DNA from: an uncultured cyanobacterium
GTDB taxonomy: Bacteria; Cyanobacteriota; Cyanobacteriia; Cyanobacteriales; Cyanobacteriaceae
Length of the DNA stretch: 64,000 nt
NCBI GenBank assembly: GCA_963710605.1
Contig: CAVQBA010000004.1
Span: 480,001-544,000, forward strand
Direction: 5' to 3'
The position numbers and the translations under genes were made by a program. Of this stretch, positions 45,739 through 57,253 are shown piece after piece (the first letter of the stretch is position 1; each line of letters starts with the position of its first letter). The notes below the pieces were generated by a model. The model was not told the origin of the DNA. It saw only the letters and a program-made list of their open reading frames with translations, and searched no databases.

Positions 45739-46728
45739 CTAACCACCAATTTGAGACATTGTTTTTCGGTATTGATTATTTTGCGTACCAGAGTCTCTTT
45801 CTTTAAAATTTATTTCGGGTTTAATTAATAATAAATCAGCTACTTTTTCTTTAACAACTTCTAAATCTTCTCCATTTCTTAACGCTGTTTTCAAATCAAT
45901 TTGTCCTGTTTCATTTAACAAACAAGGACGTAACCAACCATCAGCAGATAAACGGACTCGATTACATCGATCGCAAAAACATTCAGACATTTGCGAGATA
46001 AAGCCTAACGTCCCTTTAGCCGAAGGAATTTTAAAAACATCAGCAGGACCGTTACCTGTAATAAAACTCTCTTCTAGACCCCATTTAGCCTTAATTGAAG
46101 AGCGAATATCCGCCGAGTCTATCCATGCTTTCTCACCAAAAAGATTTGCATTACCAATGGGCATAAATTCAATGAAACGAATATGCCAATTACGATCGAT
46201 TGTTAGACGGGCTAAATCCAAAATTTCACCATCGTTAACCCCTGGAATTATTACTACATTTAGCTTTAAGGGATTAAAACCAACTTGATAAGCCTTTTGA
46301 ATTCCATCCCATGTTTTTTGCCAACGACTTTTGCCATGATTACCAATAATACGATCGAAAGTTTCAGCTTGAAGCGAATCTAAACTAATATTAATACGAC
46401 GTAATCCAGCCTCAAACAAATCAGTAGCTTTATCAGCTAGTAAATAAGCATTAGTAGTCAACGACAAATCTTGGGTTTGCGGAAAACTACTGATTTCGGT
46501 GACAATATCGACTAAATCAGGACGTAACAAAGGTTCACCCCCCGTTAAGCGAAACTTGCTAAATCCGAGAGGAATAAATACTTTTTTAATCAGAGTTAGT
46601 AATTCCGTTTTTGAAAGTATTTCCGAAGATAAAAGATAACTTAATTCTTCTGTTTCAGGCATACAATACTGACAACGAAAATTACATTTATCTATCAAAC
46701 TAATCCTTAAATAGTCAACTTTATTCAC
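45739..46728 (-). CDS. moaA: GTP 3',8-cyclase
   Basis: [19 protein letters not shown]...C, MSQIGG. Confidence 0.97.
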   Translation of the reverse strand: MNKVDYLRISLIDKCNFRCQYCMPETEELSYLLSSEILSKTELLTLIKKVFIPLGFSKFRLTGGEPLLRPDLVDIVTEISSFPQTQDLSLTTNAYLLADKATDLFEAGLRRINISLDSLQAETFDRIIGNHGKSRWQKTWDGIQKAYQVGFNPLKLNVVIIPGVNDGEILDLARLTIDRNWHIRFIEFMPIGNANLFGEKAWIDSADIRSSIKAKWGLEESFITGNGPADVFKIPSAKGTLGFISQMSECFCDRCNRVRLSADGWLRPCLLNETGQIDLKTALRNGEDLEVVKEKVADLLLIKPEINFKERDSGTQNNQYRKTMSQIGG

Positions 46729-46896
46729 AAAATAAAAAATAACCTAACTAAATGTTTTTTTGAATCTAGAATAAAATAGAGAATTATAATTCTATTATGT
46801 ATCACTATGTTAGACTAATATCTAATTTACTGATAGTTTCAAATAAAAATTAATTCTCAATTCTCACCGAATAATTGCTTCTAGCAAGAATTCATC

Positions 46897-47268
46897 TCAA
46901 TTCTCAATTTTCAAACTGTGTTCTTGTAAAACTTCTAAACGAATGTATTCTAGAGTTTTTTCATGAGTTGCCGCTAAATCTATGGGGGTTGCAAATCCTG
47001 CATCTAAAGCCTCTTTCCAACGAGAAACGCACAGACACCATTTATCACCCGGTTTTAAACCTGGAAAATTGTACATCGGCATTGGAGTAGTTAAATCGTT
47101 GCCTCTATTCTTACTAAACGCAAGAAATTCAGCCGTCATCGTCGCACAAACCAAATGTAAACCCCTATCTTGAGCGCCTGTATCACAACAACCATTACGA
47201 TAAAAACCAGTCATTGGAGATGTACAACAAGTTTCTAACGGATTACCTTCAACATTTTTTGCCATCAT
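46897..47268 (-). CDS. DUF2237 protein
   Basis: TGFYRNGCC, GNDL.TP, WCLC..RW. Confidence 0.88.
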   Translation of the reverse strand: MMAKNVEGNPLETCCTSPMTGFYRNGCCDTGAQDRGLHLVCATMTAEFLAFSKNRGNDLTTPMPMYNFPGLKPGDKWCLCVSRWKEALDAGFATPIDLAATHEKTLEYIRLEVLQEHSLKIEN

Positions 47269-47290
47269 TATTTTTGTTACTTCGATCGAA

Positions 47291-47914
47291 CTATTCTTTA
47301 TTATGCCAAAATTTTAAGTCTTCAGGTCGATCGATGTCTTTTAATATAGGTAAATAATCTATTTTATAACCAAGTTGTCGAGCGATCGACATAGTACGAG
47401 CAAAAACTGTATCTGTACCCCAATCAATCCCCATAAACAAAGATTTATCTAACTGCGTTAATCCTAATAAATAATAACCACCGTCATCCGCACCACCAAT
47501 AACTAAATCGTGAGTATTTAGAGAAACAAAAGCTTGATGTAAAATTTCCGCTGATAAACTAGGGCAGTCTATACCGATAATGACGACTTGTTGGCAATTG
47601 TTAGTAAAACGATCGGTAAAAGCATTATACATTTTATCACCTAAATCACCATCAGATTGAATTTGATAATGATATTTATTACCCAACCATTTTTGCATCA
47701 AATCTAAATTTCCACCATTAAAAAAGATATTTATTTCTACTGCTAAATATTCTTCTAGTTTAGTTACAGTATTCAGAGTATGCTCAGTCATTTCCTTTTG
47801 GAAATCAGCCGCTTTTTGAGCCCCGATAGCAGGAATTAACCTCGTTTTAGTTTTACCTTTTTCAGGATAACGAGTAAATATTATTAATGATTTTTGGCGA
47901 GATAAATTAGACAC
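47291..47914 (-). CDS. DUF2064/TIGR04282 glycosyltransferase-like protein
   Basis: P..GKTKTRL, GDLG, IGIDCP, DGGYYLLG, DIDRPEDL. Confidence 0.85.
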   Translation of the reverse strand: MSNLSRQKSLIIFTRYPEKGKTKTRLIPAIGAQKAADFQKEMTEHTLNTVTKLEEYLAVEINIFFNGGNLDLMQKWLGNKYHYQIQSDGDLGDKMYNAFTDRFTNNCQQVVIIGIDCPSLSAEILHQAFVSLNTHDLVIGGADDGGYYLLGLTQLDKSLFMGIDWGTDTVFARTMSIARQLGYKIDYLPILKDIDRPEDLKFWHNKE

Positions 47915-47966
47915 AAATAAAATTTATAATTGAGAATTTAAAAACAGTGAATTAGCTATCAGTTAT

Positions 47967-48128
47967 TATAATCATTTCGATTAAGATTGAAACAGTGTTA
48001 ATAATACTTAAAACATGAGTCATTACCCCTTCTGGGAAATAAACTACAAGGCTAATAGCAGAACGTTTAATAAATTAAACTCAAATTTTAACCCAAAAAT
48101 TGTCTCATTACTATTTGAAATAACTATA
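47967..48128. mobile_element. ~160-bp MITE family copy
   Basis: TATAATCATTTCGATTAAGATTGAAACA...TGTCTCATTACTATTTGAAATAACTATA. Confidence 0.75.
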
Positions 48129-48174
48129 ACTGTTGGCTGTCAAATATCAACTTTCAACTCTTAACTCTTAACTT

Positions 48175-49590
48175 TTAACTTTTAACTCTTAACGCTGTTT
48201 TTTTAACAAACTTATTAAAGATATTATTGTCTCTATTTTGTTGGAATATAAATTCCATTTTTTGTTTGATTACATTTAAGTTAATCGCATTAGAATTAGA
48301 AGTATCAGTTACTTGATAATATTCAATTAAACTTAAACCACAAATACGAGTTAAATAAGCGGCACTAACTCCTTGCATTAAACCACCAGCGACAAAAGTA
48401 AAAGCATTAGTTTTTAACACATTAGCGACGGCTTGAGTTGAGATTTCGACTATGCCTAATTGAAGCATTAATTTACCTAAAGCGATCGATACTTCTTGTG
48501 CTTGACTAATTGATAAAGGTTGCTGATAAATTTTACCCAAATCAATAATCATTTGCGTATTAATCGCCGCAGTTGCCAACAAATCAAGACTAGCAACAGG
48601 ATTAGCAAAAGTAGCCGTCGCCGACATCAATTGATACTTATCCATTACAGATAATGATTTTACCTTTCTTATTTGATTAAGTATTTCTTTGATTTGTCTT
48701 TCTAAATCTAGTGCTTGACGATAAGCAGTTGAAAGAATTAAATTTTCTTGCTGAGGTTGTATTTTGTTTTGATAAATATTAATTAGTTGTTCGTAATTTA
48801 TTGGTGTAATTTCTTCAGATTCTTGATAATTAAAATTATCTTGATATTTAATTACTTTTACTTTTTGAGTTTGAGTGGTTATTTGAACTATTTCTTCTTC
48901 TTTATCAATAATTTCTTGTAAGCTATTATTAATATTTTGCCAAATTAATTTCTTTTCTTCTGCTAAACTAAATTCACAATCATCAAATAAAACTAAGATT
49001 CTTTGTTGGCTATTTTTAATTTGTTTAATTTTATTTTTGTCTGAATCCGTTAAATCTCCTTGAATTACAAACAAAACTAAATCACGATCGAGTAATAACT
49101 TTTTGTTAACACTTTTTTCTATCTGATTATCTATCTTTTCAACTTGAGTATCAGCAAATTTTTGCTCAAAGGATCTAGATAAATTCAGGCTATTATTTTT
49201 TTTATTAAGAATTCCTATATTTAAATTTTGCCGTTTACTATTAGTCGTAATATCAGCTAAATTTTGCTTAAATAAACCATAATCTTGAGTAGAGTATTTT
49301 GAGTTGTCTGAAGATTTTGCTTCTTTAATTACAGTATTAATTAGATTATCTAACTTAGCAATTTTTTGATTGAAATCTTCGATCGTGATCTGCTTTATTT
49401 TGGATGAAATAGGACTTTTATTTTTCTTTATTTTACCTAAGATGGCAAATATTCCACCGCCAAAAATAATTCCTAAAGTAGTAATATTACTAATGTCACC
49501 TAAATTATTGGTAATACTTTGCCCTAACCAAAGCATAAAAGAAAGACTAACACCAGCAACTAAAATGGGTTTTTTGATTACTATACTCAC
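48175..49590 (-). CDS. DUF697 (YcjF-like) membrane protein
   Basis: FANPV..LDLL, QGVSAAYLTRI.G. Confidence 0.8.
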   Translation of the reverse strand: MSIVIKKPILVAGVSLSFMLWLGQSITNNLGDISNITTLGIIFGGGIFAILGKIKKNKSPISSKIKQITIEDFNQKIAKLDNLINTVIKEAKSSDNSKYSTQDYGLFKQNLADITTNSKRQNLNIGILNKKNNSLNLSRSFEQKFADTQVEKIDNQIEKSVNKKLLLDRDLVLFVIQGDLTDSDKNKIKQIKNSQQRILVLFDDCEFSLAEEKKLIWQNINNSLQEIIDKEEEIVQITTQTQKVKVIKYQDNFNYQESEEITPINYEQLINIYQNKIQPQQENLILSTAYRQALDLERQIKEILNQIRKVKSLSVMDKYQLMSATATFANPVASLDLLATAAINTQMIIDLGKIYQQPLSISQAQEVSIALGKLMLQLGIVEISTQAVANVLKTNAFTFVAGGLMQGVSAAYLTRICGLSLIEYYQVTDTSNSNAINLNVIKQKMEFIFQQNRDNNIFNKFVKKTALRVKS

Positions 49591-49961
49591 AAACTTTCAT
49601 TCCCCTAAAATAGTGATATAAATATAATACTGCGAAATGTCTGTTGTTTAATATAAATTGACAAATAAAAGCAATAAATAGAGAAAATGATTACAGCCAA
49701 TAACTTAAAATATTATCACCACAAATATGATTAAACTGTATTGTTTTTTGAGTGATTAAAAGCTTTATTAAAAGTTATTTGCTCTAACTAACTCTTTACT
49801 AATTATTATAAGCGATCGTTATCGCTTTTTTAAGCAAAGCTTATTCTCTATTCGCTATCTAAAACTGTAATAGGAGAAATAGTTCAAAAACAAATTTGAT
49901 TCCAAGCACTCATTTTTTATACTTATCTACGATTTTTTTAAATATTTTTCGGTTTATCGTT

Positions 49962-50558
49962 TTATTTTCCAGTTTTACTTCGGCGACGTGGTTTTGCTTT
50001 AATTTTGGTACGTACTTTTTTTTGTTTAACTACTTTACTCTTAGTTGCCTTTTTTTTCTGAAATGCTTTGAGACGACTACCAATTTCATCAGCTAGATAA
50101 TGACTCATTGCCCCCAATTCTAAACCAATCAATAAAGCAAAAGTTTGAGTTAAATAGTCATTTATTATTTTTTGATAACTAGTTATAACTAGTTGTTGCC
50201 AATTCCAATCAAAACCCCAAATTAACTGAGCGATGGCAACTATCAAAATAGCCGTTACGAATAAAATTATACTTAGATATAACAGTCTGATAATTGTACC
50301 GATGAGGAAGCCATGAGATAAAAACGATCGATGTTTAAGATTTTTTTGATAAGGTAGCCAGATAAACTTAAACCATCCCCAACGTTTATATTGTACTGAG
50401 TAAATATCTAAATCTGGACCAAACATCAAACCACTAAATACAAATGCCGTTGCTGTTATTATTGCTATGTCTAATTTTTTTACTAATAATAAAGTAATGA
50501 TGACAATTAGAGGAAAACATATCCAAGTAATTCGATCGTGTTTTTTTCCTGAAGGCAT
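49962..50558 (-). CDS. DUF2227 putative metal-binding membrane protein
   Basis: MPSGKKHD, GPDLD, HRSFLSHG, SHYLAD. Confidence 0.85.
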   Translation of the reverse strand: MPSGKKHDRITWICFPLIVIITLLLVKKLDIAIITATAFVFSGLMFGPDLDIYSVQYKRWGWFKFIWLPYQKNLKHRSFLSHGFLIGTIIRLLYLSIILFVTAILIVAIAQLIWGFDWNWQQLVITSYQKIINDYLTQTFALLIGLELGAMSHYLADEIGSRLKAFQKKKATKSKVVKQKKVRTKIKAKPRRRSKTGK

Positions 50559-50580
50559 TGCATTTTCAAAATATAGTCGT

Positions 50581-50586
50581 TATAAT
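50581..50586 (+). promoter_or_regulatory. Putative -10 box for tRNA-Val
   Basis: Perfect TATAAT 15 bp upstream of the tRNA. Confidence 0.5.
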
Positions 50587-50601
50587 AGAAATCGTGTTTA
50601 A

Positions 50602-50673
50602 GGGCGATTAGCTCAGTGGTAGAGCGCCTGCCTTACAAGCAGGACGTCACTGGTTCAAATCCAGTATCGCCCA
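50602..50673 (+). tRNA. trnV: tRNA-Val(TAC)
   Basis: GGGCGAT/ATCGCCC acceptor stem, CCTGC-CTTACAA-GCAGG anticodon arm, GGTTCAAATCC T-arm; CCA tail not encoded. Confidence 0.97.
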
Positions 50674-50994
50674 TTATCTATACTTTTAATGTTGTCTAAT
50701 TTAAGCGAAGAGTCAACAATCTTGTTTATTTAACATTACCATTATTATCTATTGATCTACAAACGTTTTTAGATAAAATGCGATCGTTACAAGCTTTATT
50801 GGTAAAAAGAAAAATGAGTACGATCACGATCGTTTGATTCGTAGATTAGCTTTATTGAAGAAGTAAAAAGTTTTAATCTTAGATTATACCTTCAAAAAAG
50901 TGATTATTTAGTGGCTAGAACTATAAATTTCAAAATGACAAGATGTAATTTTGAGCCAATATTTACAGTTCTTTTTCAAATTTTCACTCAAAAA

Positions 50995-51282
50995 TCAACA
51001 ATTTCGCCATGCTTTAATTTGATGCCCTTGACGGAAAATAATTGATTTGGACAAAGATAATCTTTTCATCGTCTTACTCAATATCGTCACATCTTCTTTA
51101 ACAATTTCGATGTAATGAGGACAAGATTGGAAATCTAAACATAAAACTGTATTGGCATTCCATGTTTCTCTACTTATCTTGCATTCAGACGGTAAAATTG
51201 TCACCAAATCACGAAATCGAGTTAGTACTTCTTGCTCAAAATTATGACTAGTAGATTGAGAAAAAGATTGGTATTCAGACAT
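50995..51282 (-). CDS. Small hypothetical protein
   Basis: 95-aa ORF with GAGGTG RBS-like sequence. Confidence 0.65.
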   Translation of the reverse strand: MSEYQSFSQSTSHNFEQEVLTRFRDLVTILPSECKISRETWNANTVLCLDFQSCPHYIEIVKEDVTILSKTMKRLSLSKSIIFRQGHQIKAWRNC

Positions 51283-51601
51283 AGAGTCTCACCTCTAATT
51301 GATAGCTTGTTTTAAACCTAGCATAAATTTATATTTAATTTTGTATTTAATCATAATTGCGACAAAATTTTCCAGTTATGATTGATAATGATCGACAAAT
51401 TAAATTAATTAAAATGCTTGTATCGTAATATAGGCAAGATAAATGAGTTATATTCTCGATCGTGTTTTGTAATTTATAGTTTTGTAAAATATACACAGAT
51501 GAAACTCTCAAAGTAGTTAATTTTCTTGACAATTGTGGCATAAAAGTAATTAGAGCAGTAATTTATGATAAAAATAATTAACTATTTATTCAATAAACCT
51601 G

Positions 51602-52093
51602 ATGAAAGCTAGAGAAATTATTCAAATTATTATTTTTATTCTGATAGGTTTAGCATTTATGTTTGGACTACAACCTTATTTATTTGATCAAAGAATACTA
51701 TTTGGAGTAGTAAGGAGTGTCACCTATAGTGAATGGATTGAGCAATATACCCTAGCCGCCGCAATTATCTTCGGTATTTCTGTTATTTTCACCATAATTT
51801 GGTGTGTGTTATTGTTAAAAAACCAAGATGGTAGTTACAGTACATGGAAAGCAGTTTGGTATGTTGGTTTATTTGTCTTAACCCTAATTGTGATTGGCAC
51901 AGTTTATATCAACAATCAAGATGACAATGGCGAATTGATTAGAGAAACTTTTATGCCGATGACACTCTGGCTTTTATTTGATTCATTATTTTTGCTTTAT
52001 TGGCTACCCACAGTAACTAGTACGCCCGGATTGTTAAAGAAAAAAGCAGTACCCGGAGCAATTTTAATTAATGATTTAATTGGCAGAAATTGA
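51602..52093 (+). CDS. 4-TM membrane protein, first gene of tubulin-like cluster
   Basis: Four hydrophobic segments; 33 bp from the next gene. Confidence 0.75.
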   Translation: MKAREIIQIIIFILIGLAFMFGLQPYLFDQRILFGVVRSVTYSEWIEQYTLAAAIIFGISVIFTIIWCVLLLKNQDGSYSTWKAVWYVGLFVLTLIVIGTVYINNQDDNGELIRETFMPMTLWLLFDSLFLLYWLPTVTSTPGLLKKKAVPGAILINDLIGRN

Positions 52094-52126
52094 GCGATAA
52101 TTTTAATACTCAGGAGAAGAATTAAT

Positions 52127-53624
52127 ATGGCTTTTTATGTAGTCGGGATAGGTGGCACAGGTGCAAAATGTATTGAGGCAATTATTCAACTAGCTTCTGT
52201 GGGTTTGTTTCCCACTAATAAGCTTAAAGTAATGTTTGTTGATGCTGATGAAACTAATGGTAACTTACAAAGAACACAGACTAGTTTAGGTATTTATCAA
52301 AAATGTCATCAATTACTCAGCGGTAAACATGATGAATGTGATTGGATGACAACTAATATTGAATCTTACTCAGTTTGGTCTCCTTTTGGTAATAAAAATA
52401 CGGATAAAAAACTTGGTTCTTTTTTTGGTTACAATACTTTAAAACAACAAAACCCAGCTTTAGCTAGCTTATTTGATGTTTTATACACTGAAGATGAACG
52501 AAAAGTATCTTTAGAAGTCGGTTTTAGAGGTCGTCCTGCGATCGGTTCTGGTATAATGACTCAGATTGATTCTCGATCGTTTAGAAGAAGAACCATGGCG
52601 TAGTTTCATCAACGAAATTGTCAACAATTCTAGTAGCGGTGGTGAAACCAAAGTATTGCTTTGTGGTTCAATTTTTGGTGGTACAGGTGCATCAGGCTTA
52701 CCCACGATCGGTAGATTAATTGCGAATAAGTTAGAAAAAGAAGGTGTTAGAGAGAAAGTTAAATTAGGTTGTATCTTCGCATTACCTTACTTTAATTTTC
52801 CGAAAGGCTCAGCTAATGAACAAGTTTATGCAAGTTCAGATTTATTTTTACTTAACACCGAAGCCGCTCTTAGGTATTATCGAGAGCAAGCTCAACAATT
52901 TGATGCTAAATATTTAATCGGGAATCAAACCTTTGAAAAACTAGGCGAATTCAGCATTGGGAAAGATACCCAAATTAATCGCCCTCACTTTGTTGAGTTT
53001 TATGCAGCCTTAGCCGCCCGTAACTTTTTTTGTGAGCAACCTGAAGAAGCTGTACACGTTATCAGTCGTCATCAGACAGGTTTACTCCGATGGGATGATA
53101 TACCGAATAGTAATGAAGTCAAAAGCAAATTAGTCAATGCCACTCGTTTTGCTTTTATTTGGTTAGCTGATTTTCAGTTTCAATTACAACTAGGTAAAAA
53201 TCAAGGTATAGGTGAATTAAACGGGTTAGGTTGGTTTGATAAATTTTTTCAAGGAAAAGCTCTATTTAGGAAAACCAGAACACATTTACCTGACTTGAGT
53301 GAAGCTCAACAACAAGAAGCGATTAAAACGATCGATAATTGGTGTCAAGACTACTTACGCTGGCTAAGTGATATTCATATTTGTGATAGCGAAAAAATCG
53401 AGTTATTTAAAGCCCGTGAGCATTTTCTTAATGGTAGAGGATTGAAACCCGAAAACTTCGCCGATTTGTTATTTGACGAATCTCGTACTAAAGATGATTT
53501 AACACAAGATAACCTTGTCAAACTCAAAAATACAATTTCAGAATTGGATACAACTAAATTTGGCGAACCAAATCAGGGAGTAGCAGGATTAGCTAAAGCA
53601 GTCTATGTTTGTTGCAAATTATAA
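52127..53624 (+). CDS. Divergent tubulin/FtsZ-superfamily GTPase (Tubulin_2-like, ~498 aa), split by a +1 frameshift at ~52570
   Basis: VVGIGGTG, DAD, GFRGRPAIG, GSIFGGTGASG signature; span 1497+1 bp; AGGAG RBS at 52112. Confidence 0.85.
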
Positions 53625-53632
53625 ACCGTTCA

Positions 53633-53779
53633 AGAATTTAGAATTTAGAATTTAGAATTTAGAATTAATACCTATTCCCCATTCCCCATTCCCCATTCCC
53701 TATTCCCTATTCCCCATTCCCTATTCCCTATTCCCCATTCCCTATTCCCCATTCCCTATTCCCTATTCCCTATTCCCTA
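53633..53779. repeat. (AGAATTT)n followed by (CCCYATT)14 heptamer array
   Basis: Fills almost the whole intergenic space, ending 5 bp before the ATG at 53785. Confidence 0.92.
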
Positions 53780-53784
53780 AAACT

Positions 53785-56700
53785 ATGGCAGATTTAATCT
53801 TATCCAAACTAAAAGACGACACCAATATTACTAAAGGGCAACCAGCACAATGGGAAGCCCGAAGTGATAAAGCATTTAGAGACGTAGCCGATAGTCTTGA
53901 TTATCAAGCCCCCGGTGTGATCAAAAATGTTAGTTCAGTACCGACAATGTGGGCTCGCCCTCTGATTACTGAAATGGCTTTATATGATCAAAATCACCCG
54001 ATTCATGAGGCGATGGTAGCTCAATGGCGAGGAATGTTAGCTGTTATTGCATTAGCAGAGATAGAAGGATTTGATCTCCAAGTTCAACTAATCGACTTAA
54101 GCACTCAACGTTATCAACCCTTTGGTGAAGCACTTTATCAACTTATTCCCGAACCAATCAATGCCCTTTATACCAGAGAAGGTAAAAACCCGTGGGAAGA
54201 AGTCTATGTTTTTGTCTGGCAAGGTAAACCAGTAGGTATGACCAGCCCTAGTACTCTTGTCTGTCCATCCGAAGAAGGAAAATGGACAGGATTACGTTGG
54301 TGGCAAAATGGTATGATTCAAAGCCCCGAACCATTTTTGAACGAAGAATCAAAAGAACTACTTTGGCGATGGTTAGAAAATATTCAAAATAATCTTACTA
54401 CTTATAATGGCTCTTCTGTAGCTGTTAATAAAATGATTGGTTTGATTGTTCAATTTAGAACCGATTTAGCAATTGAGAATTCCGCACCTGCCCCTTTAAA
54501 TTTAAGTACTAATCCTAACTTTTTTGGTGAGCCAATCAATCGAGGTGCATTAGTTTTACTTAATAACCCCGTGCGAATACCGCCTCAACCTTCAAACCTT
54601 AGAGTAATCCCTAGTGCAGTTAAAACTAGTGTTAAACCCCTAATTATTATTGACGAACAAATAGCTGATTTTTGGGGGCAACCTAAACAAAATATTTGGG
54701 TACATCAAGATAAAACTTTGGCTTCATTAAATATTGAAGATTTAAAAAACGGTAGGTTAGTTTGGGATGATGTTAACTGGATTACTTCTGCTGAATTATT
54801 TCTTGAAGAATTATATTTTATTGATTTAGATGATGCTTTACCTGGTGCTATCGTACCTCAATCAAATATTCCCCTTACTTTTAACAGTGAAAAAGTTACG
54901 CCTTTAATTCCCCTTAATCCCATCTTGTTAGACTATTTCACCCCAGAAGACTTGGTTAGTCATATTGAAATTGAACCATTTAACAATATTAATGGGCAGG
55001 GGTTACGACTAATTCTCAATTTGCCCTTATCAGGTATAGCCAATCAGAAACAATTTCAAGCTTATCGTCTGCAAAAAGAATATATTTTACATGAAGAAAA
55101 CGCTTTTAAATATTTACCTGTTTTAACTTTATGGCCGAATTTTCGATCGACTAACTGGCAACAATATTATACATTTTATTACGATGGTGATTATGGTGAT
55201 GAAACCTTCCGTGTTTTTGTACCTAATCAGGAAGTACGTCAATTCAAAGCCCCTGATGGTACAGGCTCGTATCAACTAGCTACAATGAACCAAATGCCTA
55301 GTCATGTAGTCTGTAAGGATAGTTACTACAAAGATATCGGTTTAATTCTGTTACCGACACTACCAGAAATAAATTCTCGTGGTAAGTGGAATGTAGGGGT
55401 TGATTTTGGTACTTCTTTTACTAATGTTTATGTCAAGGGCGAAAATACAGGTGATTTTCCTTTAGAGATGAATAAAGAATTACAATTGAATATTACCGAA
55501 AGCCCTATCCAGACTCGTTTACCTGCTTTACTTGAAAGTTTTGTTCCTGAAAAGTTTTTACCTTCAGAAGAGCCTTTACCTCTATCTACAGTATTAACTA
55601 CTAAAAACGGTAATGTTGATGATGGAGAATTACAAGCGATTCTTGATGGACGTATGTATGTACCAGATCCAACTGAATTTGATCCGAATAAACAATGGAT
55701 AAAGTTAGATTTAAAATGGTCAAATCTGAAATATTCTAAAGCCTTTTTACGTCATTTGTGTTTACATATTTCGGCTTTAGCCACTCAAGCGGGGATGAAT
55801 AGTATTGACTGGTGTATTTCTTATCCTAGTGCTTTTGCTTATGTCGATCGACTTACATTTCATCGTAATTGGCAAGAAATCGGTGAAGAATTAGCACCAA
55901 AGACTGGTATAAGTTATTCTTGCCCTGACATTGATGATACTCAACGTTTTTGTACTGAGAGTGTGGCTTTAGCTCAATATTTTAATGATAAAGAAAAACA
56001 TCCTTTAGTTTTAAATACTTGTATTGATATGGGTGGTGGCACATCGGATGTATCTATTTGGGAAAATCGTCGTATTGTTTATCAATGTTCGGTTTTATTT
56101 GCAGGTAGAAATATTTTCTCCGAAATTTTAGCCCTTAATCCTCCTTATGCTCAAAAATTAATGGCGGAATTTAGAATCAATAAAGATTGGACAGATTTGG
56201 GTGAAGTTTCGATCATGACTAATATTGATGTAGCCTTAAGACATTATGCAGAAGAATGGTTAGCTCAACAACGAGTTTATAAAAATGATGATACTTATTT
56301 CCAACGTTTAGTTACTCTAACCGCTTTAGGTGTAGCTGGTTTATATTATTATATTGGTCTAATTTTAAAAGTACTTCATACTGAAGGTAAATATAGTAAA
56401 GCCCAAATTACACCTGTTTATATTGGTGGTAATGCGTCTCGTTTTTTACATTGGCTTTCACCAACTGGTAAATACGATCAAAATTCAGAGTTTAATCAAT
56501 TGTTGAGTTTGATGTTAAGTAAGGCTTCTGGTTTTGAAGATAGTCAGGAAAAAACTCGTCTTAGCACTCGCCCTAAACATGAAGTCGCTTGTGGTTTGGT
56601 TTTAAGTAATACTCAATTAGTGGGAATGACAGAAAATAGCGATTGAGATCCTATTGCAGGAGAGAATTATTATGTAGAATATTATGATGATGATAATGAC

Positions 56701-57120
56701 ATTGAATATAAAGAAGAAAAAAGTTCTCATTCTCGTCTCCATTTTCAAGGTAACATAACTGATTTCAAAATAGATAAGTTAGATAATCTCGAAAAATTTT
56801 TATATGAGTTTAATGCAGGAATAAAAACTCTTAAAATTCAAAGTATCAAACCTCTAGCAAAATCAGATTACAAATTACAAAAACCTCAAGATAAAGATAA
56901 AAATCAAGATAAGGATAATTATAATCTTGAGAAGGACGAAACTACGACTAAAGACAAAAATAGTGAGCTTTGGAAAGATGTAAAATACCATCTTGAAAAT
57001 GAGTTATTAGATGTAAGAGGAGATGCCACTAAACTCGGTGAAAAAACTCCTTTTATTATGGGTTTGAAATCTCTTTTACATACTTTGGGTAAACGTTGGG
57101 CTGATTCTTACAAAGAATAA
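53785..57120 (+). CDS. Large actin/Hsp70-fold ATPase (~1111 aa) with an in-frame TGA at 56644-56646
   Basis: GVDFGTS, ESVA, IDMGGGTSD, YIGGNASR, PKHEVACG actin-fold motifs; frame stays open for 157 codons after the TGA to TAA 57118-57120. Confidence 0.82.
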
Positions 57121-57121
57121 A

Positions 57122-57168
57122 TTAGAATTCGGAATTCGGAATTCGGAATTCCGAATTTGGAATTCTAA
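57122..57168. repeat. Palindromic (CGGAATT)n heptamer array
   Basis: TTAGAATTC-GGAATTC...GAATTCTAA. Confidence 0.75.
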
Positions 57169-57253
57169 CTAAAGAAAATTAAAAATAAGAAATATTAATT
57201 CTCAATTCTCCACTTGTACTGAGCGTTAGTCGAAGTATTCTCAATTCATAAAG

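Noticed and set aside
52091-52129. Readthrough fusion of the 4-TM gene to the tubulin-like gene (in frame across a TGA)
   Set aside because: The TGA is not in a GATC context, the downstream gene has its own AGGAG RBS, and in-frame spacing has a 1-in-3 chance
52127-57120. Canonical ftsZ and dnaK/mreB/ftsA
   Set aside because: Divergent signature motifs, wrong lengths and domain layout, no dcw or chaperone gene context
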